DNA of 55,653 nucleotides from a virus (Duplodnaviria; Caudoviricetes): IMG/VR virus record IMGVR_UViG_3300011114_000465, positions 1 to 55,653 of that record; one strand, 5' to 3'. Shown piece by piece: positions 49,680 to 55,653 of this stretch (position 1 is its first letter; each line of letters starts with the position of its first letter). The notes under the pieces were generated by a model. It saw only the letters and a program-made list of their open reading frames with translations, ran no database searches and was not told where the DNA came from. The position numbers and the translations under genes were made by a program.

Positions 49680-50741
49680 ATGGCTATTCAAAATTACGGC
49701 ACAGTTGCATCACGGAACTTGATCCGTGCCGCACAAGGCATGCTGGAACACGCCCAACCCATCACCGTCTTGGGCGACTTCGGTACTCAGCGCGAAATGC
49801 CGCAGAACTCGACAGACACTTTGGTGTTCCGTCGTACTCTGCCTTTCGGCGCATCAACATCAGGCACCACCATTGAGAACTCTTCTCGCTATGTTGGCAC
49901 TCCTGACATCACCGCATCCAACTTCGTGTTGGCTGAAGGCGTGACTCCTAACTCCAACACCATCACGTTCCAGGACGTGACCGTTCAGCTCCAGCAGTAC
50001 GGCGTGTTGTTCAAGTACAGCTCTAAGACTGAGCAGCTGTATGAAGACGACATCCCCGGCGAGATGGTCAAGCTGACTGGCGAAACCCTGGCCGAGGTGA
50101 TGGAACTGGTTCGCTACGGCGTGTTGAAGGCTGGCTCTACTGTTGTTTACACAAACGGCTCTAGCCGCTCTGCTGTGAACACCGCGATCAGCTTGAATGC
50201 GATTCGTAAAGCAGCCCGTACCCTGGAATCAAACCGTTGCCGCCGCGTCACCAGCCGCTTGGCTCCTGGCGTGAATTTCGGTACACGCGCTGTGCAGCCT
50301 GCCTATGTGGTGTTCTGCCACACAGACGCTGTGTCTGACGTTCGTAACCTTCCCGGCTTCACCCGCGTTGAAGAGTACGGCACATTCAAGCCCATCCACG
50401 ACCGTGAGATCGGTGCATGTGAAGACTTCCGCTTCATCAGCTCTCCGCTGTTGAAGTCCTTCGCTGCTGCCGGTGCTTCCGTTGGTTCAAGCGGCATGTT
50501 GTCTGTTGGTGCTTCCAACGTCGACGTGTACCCCTTCATCGTTATCGGTGAAGACGCATGGGGCCAAGTCGCATTGAAGGGCATGTCTGCCATCAAGCCT
50601 GTGGTGTTGAAAGCATCTCAGACCAACCACGCTAACCCCTTGGGCCAATTCGGCTACGTGGGCGCTTCGACCTGGTTTGCTACCGTGCGTTTGAACGACG
50701 CATGGATGGCTCGCATCGAAGCCGGTGTGACCGCTCTGTAA
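49680..50741 (+). CDS. Major capsid protein, N4-gp56 family
   Basis: LAEGVTP, QYG, EIG, NPLGQFGYVG. Confidence 0.92.
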   Translation: MAIQNYGTVASRNLIRAAQGMLEHAQPITVLGDFGTQREMPQNSTDTLVFRRTLPFGASTSGTTIENSSRYVGTPDITASNFVLAEGVTPNSNTITFQDVTVQLQQYGVLFKYSSKTEQLYEDDIPGEMVKLTGETLAEVMELVRYGVLKAGSTVVYTNGSSRSAVNTAISLNAIRKAARTLESNRCRRVTSRLAPGVNFGTRAVQPAYVVFCHTDAVSDVRNLPGFTRVEEYGTFKPIHDREIGACEDFRFISSPLLKSFAAAGASVGSSGMLSVGASNVDVYPFIVIGEDAWGQVALKGMSAIKPVVLKASQTNHANPLGQFGYVGASTWFATVRLNDAWMARIEAGVTAL

Positions 50742-50790
50742 TGACCAGGGGCTAGGGCAACCTGGCCCCGTCTAACCAAAGGAACACACT

Positions 50791-51291
50791 ATGAGCAATG
50801 CAGCTTATTACAGCCTTCTTAACAACGGGGAGTTAACCGGTGACGTGATTGGTGCGGTGATGGCCACCCCGCCAATCGCAGTTACAGGCGCAACCCTGAC
50901 TTGTACCCGCGATGTTCACGCCGGTCGTATGAACGTAATCAATGCAGCCGCAGGTTGTGCAATCACATTGCCCAACGCGACAGGCACTGGTTCGGTCTAT
51001 CGATTCATGGTCGGTACAACCATCACATCAAACAGCACCACCATCAAGGTGAACAATGCTACTGATGTCATGTCTGGCCGCGCATACGTGATCAGCGATA
51101 ACACAGCTGCGGTCCTTGGCTACGCCACTGCCGCTTCTGATGACACCATCACACTCAACGGTACTACAACGGGCGGATACGCTGGCGATGTCATTGAAAT
51201 CACTGACGCAATCGCCGGTACCTTCCTGGTTGAAGTGCACACCAAAGCCACCGGCACGGAAGCAACTCCGTTCTCGGCAACCGTCTCCTAA
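50791..51291 (+). CDS. Capsid decoration/structural protein
   Basis: After MCP; TLPNATGTG, DTITLNGTTTGG, ATPFSA. Confidence 0.65.
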   Translation: MSNAAYYSLLNNGELTGDVIGAVMATPPIAVTGATLTCTRDVHAGRMNVINAAAGCAITLPNATGTGSVYRFMVGTTITSNSTTIKVNNATDVMSGRAYVISDNTAAVLGYATAASDDTITLNGTTTGGYAGDVIEITDAIAGTFLVEVHTKATGTEATPFSATVS

Positions 51292-51311
51292 CCTTTTTAA
51301 GGAATCTCACC

Positions 51312-51749
51312 ATGTCATATAACATCGCAGAAATTAACAGCGGCTTTGTGTCGCTGACCGCCGCTGGTTTGGCTGAAGGCACTAACAGCGCCACATTCAA
51401 AACCACCAACACTTTGGCTTTCACCAACAACGGTGTGTTCAAGTCCAAAGGCGCAACCGACAACTTGGCATTCAGCACAGGCACTGCCTTGGCTAACAGC
51501 CAGGCTTGTTTGTTTGGCGTGTGGATCAATACCTCCGGCACCGTGACGACCACACAAGGTCCTATCGTTGCAGCTGGCGATCCCTGTCCCGTACCCGCCC
51601 AGGCTACAGCCAACACCACTTTGGTTGGCTTGATCAAGGTGACTACCAGCTCGTCTGCTACGTTCACCCCAGCCACTACCGACCTCAGCGCAACAGGCAT
51701 CACCGGTGCCTATTACGACTGCATGGTCATGCCTGGCTCGGCCCTGTAA
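51312..51749 (+). CDS. Capsid decoration/structural protein
   Basis: T/A/G-rich beta protein; AAGGA RBS. Confidence 0.65.
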   Translation: MSYNIAEINSGFVSLTAAGLAEGTNSATFKTTNTLAFTNNGVFKSKGATDNLAFSTGTALANSQACLFGVWINTSGTVTTTQGPIVAAGDPCPVPAQATANTTLVGLIKVTTSSSATFTPATTDLSATGITGAYYDCMVMPGSAL

Positions 51750-51778
51750 GTTGTCATCCTCTTCCTAGAAGAGTTTAT

Positions 51779-51807
51779 GCAGACCGCCTTCGGGTGGTCT
51801 GCTTTTT
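51779..51807 (+). terminator. Intrinsic terminator after capsid genes
   Basis: GCAGACCGCC-TTCG-GGTGGTCTGC + T run. Confidence 0.85.
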
Positions 51808-51834
51808 GGATTTTTAACCCCCTGGAGAATAAAG

Positions 51835-52260
51835 ATGGCAAGTAAGAAAAACACCGTCCAAGGAATGGAAATCATCGACGACGAACCGGTCATTGAGACC
51901 GTGGCCGAGTCGCGTGATTTCAGCAAGCTCGCAGCCGATGAGGCTTTCATGAACGAGCTGGTAACCGTCATGGTCCATTCGACCACTGATGAGAATCAAC
52001 CCAACCATGTCGTTGTCAATTGCAACGGCATGAATCAACCCCTGATCCGGGGTGTGCCCACAACCGTGAAGCGCAAGTATGTCGAAATCTTGGCCCGCAT
52101 GAAAGAGACCAAGTACACCCAGGTGACGCGCAATCCTTCTGCGCCTGACCAGATCGACATGGTTGCACGCCACGGTTTGAGCTATCCCTTTGACCTGGTG
52201 GAAGACAAGAACCCCCGTGGCCGTGCATGGTTGCAAAACGTCTTGGCTGAAGCAGCCTAA
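51835..52260 (+). CDS. Conserved hypothetical protein (head-tail region)
   Basis: GGAG RBS; VNCNG....RG....V...YVEIL. Confidence 0.7.
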   Translation: MASKKNTVQGMEIIDDEPVIETVAESRDFSKLAADEAFMNELVTVMVHSTTDENQPNHVVVNCNGMNQPLIRGVPTTVKRKYVEILARMKETKYTQVTRNPSAPDQIDMVARHGLSYPFDLVEDKNPRGRAWLQNVLAEAA

Positions 52261-52272
52261 TAGGGTCCGCGC

Positions 52273-52950
52273 ATGAACCTCCTTCAACTTGTCAACCAAG
52301 CCCGTGTCGAATGCGGCGTGTCTGGCCCTGCGCTTTCAACAGCCCAGGGCCAAACCGGCGAATCCGGTCGCATGGTATCTTGGGTGCAGCAGGCTTGGAT
52401 TGACATCCAGACCAGCAAAGAAGATTGGTTGTTCTTGCGTCAACCTTTGACGTTCAATACGACTGGGGGTCAGTGGCAATACAGCGCCACTGATGCCGGT
52501 CTTACTGATTTTGGCAACTGGAAGCGGGATAGTTTTCGCTGTTCCAGTGTTGGCCAAAGCTACAAAGACGAGCAGCTGATGAACTACATGGACTGGACTA
52601 CGTTCAGAAACCTGTATCGCTACGCCAATATGCGCAACACGACCGCACGTCCGGTCGTTGTAGCAATCACACCTGAGAAGGACCTGGCCTTTGGCTCGAC
52701 TCCCGACCAGGCATACGTGATTGATGCTGAATACTACACACAGCCTGTCAGTATCACGGCTGACAGTGACACTCCGGGTATACCGGCACGATTCCAAATG
52801 GCCATTGTCTACCGGGCCATGATGTACTACGCTGGATATGAAGCAGCTCCTGAAGTCCTATCGCGGGGTGACTTCGAGTACCGACGTTTGTACTCGCGAA
52901 TGGAGATTGACCAGCTGCCGACTATGGTCAGCGGACCACCTTTGGCGTAA
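52273..52950 (+). CDS. Head-tail adaptor (tail tubular A-like)
   Basis: MNLLQLVN start, W.FL, PD..Y, D.P.IP..F..AIVY.A. Confidence 0.75.
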   Translation: MNLLQLVNQARVECGVSGPALSTAQGQTGESGRMVSWVQQAWIDIQTSKEDWLFLRQPLTFNTTGGQWQYSATDAGLTDFGNWKRDSFRCSSVGQSYKDEQLMNYMDWTTFRNLYRYANMRNTTARPVVVAITPEKDLAFGSTPDQAYVIDAEYYTQPVSITADSDTPGIPARFQMAIVYRAMMYYAGYEAAPEVLSRGDFEYRRLYSRMEIDQLPTMVSGPPLA

Positions 52951-52952
52951 TC

Positions 52953-54992
52953 ATGGCCACAGGAATGCCCCCCGTCAAATACAGTCTGATCCAGCTGCAA
53001 GGCGGACTCGACCTGGTCACGCCGACCTTGTCACTACCGCCTGGAATTGCCCGCGAGGCCGTCAATTTTGAAGTCGCCATCACCGGCGGCTATACCCGCA
53101 TACCTGGTTACGAACGCTTTGACGGTCGACCTAATCCATCGGATGCCGTCTACAACACCATCACGGTTGCCGCTCCTAGCACCCTGGCTGTTGGCAATAC
53201 GATCACCAACCTGACCAGCACGGTGTCGGCCTACATCATCGCCATCAACGGCACCACGGTGGTCTATACCAAGCCTGTGAGCTCGTTTGCTGTGTCGGAC
53301 GATGTCTACGTAGGCGGCGTGCTTAAAACGTCTGTAACGGCCCTTGGCCCGTCTGTCACCATCACAAACGCCATGGTCGGTGAGTACACCTACCTGGCCG
53401 GTGAGGCATATCGATCAGACATCACCGTCGTACCAGGTAGCGGCCCGATCCGAGGCGTGATTTATTACGGCGGCGCAGTGTATGCCTGGCGCAACAATGC
53501 TGCCGCCACGGCCATGGCAATTTACAAATCTACAACCAGTGGTTGGACCTTGGTGCCGTTGGGCTATGAGATGGCCTTTGACACCGGCACAACCCAGCTC
53601 TATGAGGGCAACACTATTGTTGGCCAAACCAGTGGCGCAACGGCCACCATCACGCGTGTGGTGCTGAGCTCGGGCACCTGGGCCGCGCACACGGCAGCAG
53701 GCTATCTGACCTTTGCTTCGGTCACCGGCACGTTTTCAGCGGGCGAAAACTTGCGCATAGGGGCTACCACATACGCCCATGCAACCGCCGCGCAAGCCGC
53801 CATCACTCTAAACCCGGGTGGCCGGGTTGAGATGGCGATCGACAACTTGAATGGCGCGACCCGCGTCTACGGCGCTGACGGCGTGAACTTTGGGTTTGAG
53901 TTTGACGGCACGGTCTATGTGCCGCTTCGCACGGGCATGACGACCGACACGCCGACCCATGTTGCAGTGCACAAGAACCATTTGTTTTTCAGCTTTGGTG
54001 CGTCTGTCCAGTTCTCAGGGATCGCGGACCCATACAACTGGAGCCCAGTTATCGGTGCGGGTGAGATCGCGCTTAACGCAAACGTGACCGCGTTCCTGGT
54101 ACAGCCAGGCGATCAATCGACGGGTGCGATGGCCATCTACTCAGACGACAACACATCGATCCTCTACGGCAGCAGCTCGGCTAATTTCCAGCTGGTGTCA
54201 TACAACGTGGGCACGGGAGCAAAAGCCTACAGCTGCCAGAACATTAACGTCAGCTATTCGTTTGACGATCGTGGCGTGATGAACATGGCCACGACTTTGA
54301 ACTTTGGCAACTTTGACTCAGCTGCCTTGACGCTTAATCTGCGCCCGTTTATTTCACAAAGGCGCAACCTGGTCACTGCCAGCGGTGTGAACCGCGAGAA
54401 GGGCCAATACCGCGTCTTCTTCAGCGACGGCTACGGTTTGTATATCACCCTGGCCAACGGCAGCTTCATGGGCGCTATGCCCGTGCAGTACCCCAACGCG
54501 GTGGCTTGCATGTGCGAGGGCCAGCGGCCTGACGGATCGGAGACTTCGTTCTTCGGTTCGACCAACGGTTATGTGTATCGCCTGGATGCGGGTACGTCGT
54601 TTGACGGGGCTGAGATTGCAGCCAACATGACCCTGGTATTTAATGCGATTGGCAGCCCTCGATTGCTAAAGCGGTTCCGCAAAGCATCGTTGGAAATCAC
54701 CGGCACCAGCTACGCCGACTTCTATTTCAACTACGACTTGGCTTATGCGTCGACTGATGTTGGCCAAGCCTCGCAGACACTGTATTCCAGCAGCTTGGTT
54801 GCAAGCTATTGGGACACATCCTATTGGGACTTTTTTGTGTGGGACGGGCGTACCCTTGCGCCATCCGAGGTTGAGGTAAATGGCACGGGTGAAAATATCG
54901 CGCTGAAGATCGCGTCCAATTCGCCGTATTTCCAAGCGTTCACCATCAACAGCGCGATCCTGCACTACACACCGCGAAGAGGTATTCGATGA
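52953..54992 (+). CDS. Tail nozzle (tail tubular B/stabilisation-like)
   Basis: GGL..N.....G....R.GY start, beta-propeller-like, KRFRK near C-terminus. Confidence 0.75.
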   Translation: MATGMPPVKYSLIQLQGGLDLVTPTLSLPPGIAREAVNFEVAITGGYTRIPGYERFDGRPNPSDAVYNTITVAAPSTLAVGNTITNLTSTVSAYIIAINGTTVVYTKPVSSFAVSDDVYVGGVLKTSVTALGPSVTITNAMVGEYTYLAGEAYRSDITVVPGSGPIRGVIYYGGAVYAWRNNAAATAMAIYKSTTSGWTLVPLGYEMAFDTGTTQLYEGNTIVGQTSGATATITRVVLSSGTWAAHTAAGYLTFASVTGTFSAGENLRIGATTYAHATAAQAAITLNPGGRVEMAIDNLNGATRVYGADGVNFGFEFDGTVYVPLRTGMTTDTPTHVAVHKNHLFFSFGASVQFSGIADPYNWSPVIGAGEIALNANVTAFLVQPGDQSTGAMAIYSDDNTSILYGSSSANFQLVSYNVGTGAKAYSCQNINVSYSFDDRGVMNMATTLNFGNFDSAALTLNLRPFISQRRNLVTASGVNREKGQYRVFFSDGYGLYITLANGSFMGAMPVQYPNAVACMCEGQRPDGSETSFFGSTNGYVYRLDAGTSFDGAEIAANMTLVFNAIGSPRLLKRFRKASLEITGTSYADFYFNYDLAYASTDVGQASQTLYSSSLVASYWDTSYWDFFVWDGRTLAPSEVEVNGTGENIALKIASNSPYFQAFTINSAILHYTPRRGIR

Positions 54993-55653
54993 GCAACAAC
55001 TACTACACCCACGGGTCGTTCCCATCTACTGGTGCGCAGGCCACGTCTGCGTCGATGCGGTCCGAGCTGGACCTGATCACTGCCGGGTTTGACAAGCTGC
55101 CAACGCTGACCAGCAACGCAAACAAATTTGTTGTTGTCAACAGCCTGGGCACAGCCCTGATCGTTACCAGCACACTGCCCACGGCCACGGTAACTGACAG
55201 CACGTTCACAGTCCAAGACAACGTCGACACGACCAAGACGTTCCAGTTCCAAGCCAGCGGCATCACAACGGGCACCCAGCGCATCTACACGATGCCTGAT
55301 GCCAACACCACCTTGGTAGGCACTGACGCTACTCAGACACTGACCAACAAAACAATTAGCAGCAGCACCGGTGCGTTCACCACGCTATCGGCTACTGGTG
55401 CTCTTACTTTTAATACTACAACAAACAATCAGTCATACACCACCAGCGGCGCAGGCACGATCACGATTAGCTCGGGCACGACCGGCACGATCAACAACAT
55501 GTCGATCGGTGCAACGACAGCCAGCACCGGTGCGTTCACCACGCTGTCTGCATCAAGCACGGTCTCCGGCACAGGGTTCAGTACATACCTGGCCAGCCCG
55601 CCTGCGATTGGCGGCACAGCGGCTGCTGCCGGTGCGTTCACCACGCTGTCTGC
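54989..55653 (+). CDS. Tail fibre protein, 5' part (continues at position 113)
   Basis: GAGG RBS, ATGA overlap; MSNNYY..ELDLITAGFDKLP; TQTLTNKT motif; open to window end. Confidence 0.8.
   Translation, partial: MSNNYYTHGSFPSTGAQATSASMRSELDLITAGFDKLPTLTSNANKFVVVNSLGTALIVTSTLPTATVTDSTFTVQDNVDTTKTFQFQASGITTGTQRIYTMPDANTTLVGTDATQTLTNKTISSSTGAFTTLSATGALTFNTTTNNQSYTTSGAGTITISSGTTGTINNMSIGATTASTGAFTTLSASSTVSGTGFSTYLASPPAIGGTAAAAGAFTTLS
55542..55653 (+). repeat. Terminal overlap, identical to 1-112
   Basis: Direct sequence identity. Confidence 0.95.

Larger units (their letters stand above)
1..55653. mobile_element. Complete (circularly assembled) tailed phage genome, podovirus-like
   Basis: Terminase, portal, capsid, short-tail, lysis and replication genes all present; no tape measure/sheath or host housekeeping genes; end overlap with in-frame gene continuity. 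Confidence 0.95.

Noticed and set aside
55542-55653. Physical direct terminal repeat
   Set aside because: Falls mid-gene within a tandem repeat; more consistent with assembler overlap, and a P22-like terminase suggests headful packaging

Overview
The window looks like a complete, circularly assembled ~55.5 kb podovirus-type phage genome. Bases 1-112 repeat at 55542-55653 and a tail-fibre gene reads in frame through the junction. It has a P22-like terminase, portal, scaffold, N4-gp56-type major capsid, short-tail proteins, a lysis cassette with M15 endolysin and nested Rz/Rz1, ejection proteins, two giant multidomain ('polyvalent') proteins flanking a ferritin gene, a PolA/SSB/DUF2800/primase-helicase/VRR-NUC/SNF2 replication module, a Q-like antiterminator, and a leftward early region of small ORFs separated by repeated structured RNA elements. 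I saw no integrase, tRNA or CRISPR array. The most striking unexplained structure is inside the giant proteins. Candidate toxic domains (ART-like, HhH-glycosylase-like, RelA/SpoT synthetase-like) each have a small overprinted ORF in the adjacent linker, with its own initiation signal: two in the +1 frame with Shine-Dalgarno sites, one antisense and leaderless. This suggests hidden domain-specific immunity genes. Other notable points are a separate early SpoT/Mesh1-type HD hydrolase, repeated F-[SAQ]-[RKN] domain-boundary motifs with an HExxH protease, three late promoters sharing a 5' hairpin plus terminator, and a GIIRKAM C-terminal tag on small late proteins. All family calls come from motif recognition by eye, not database searches.
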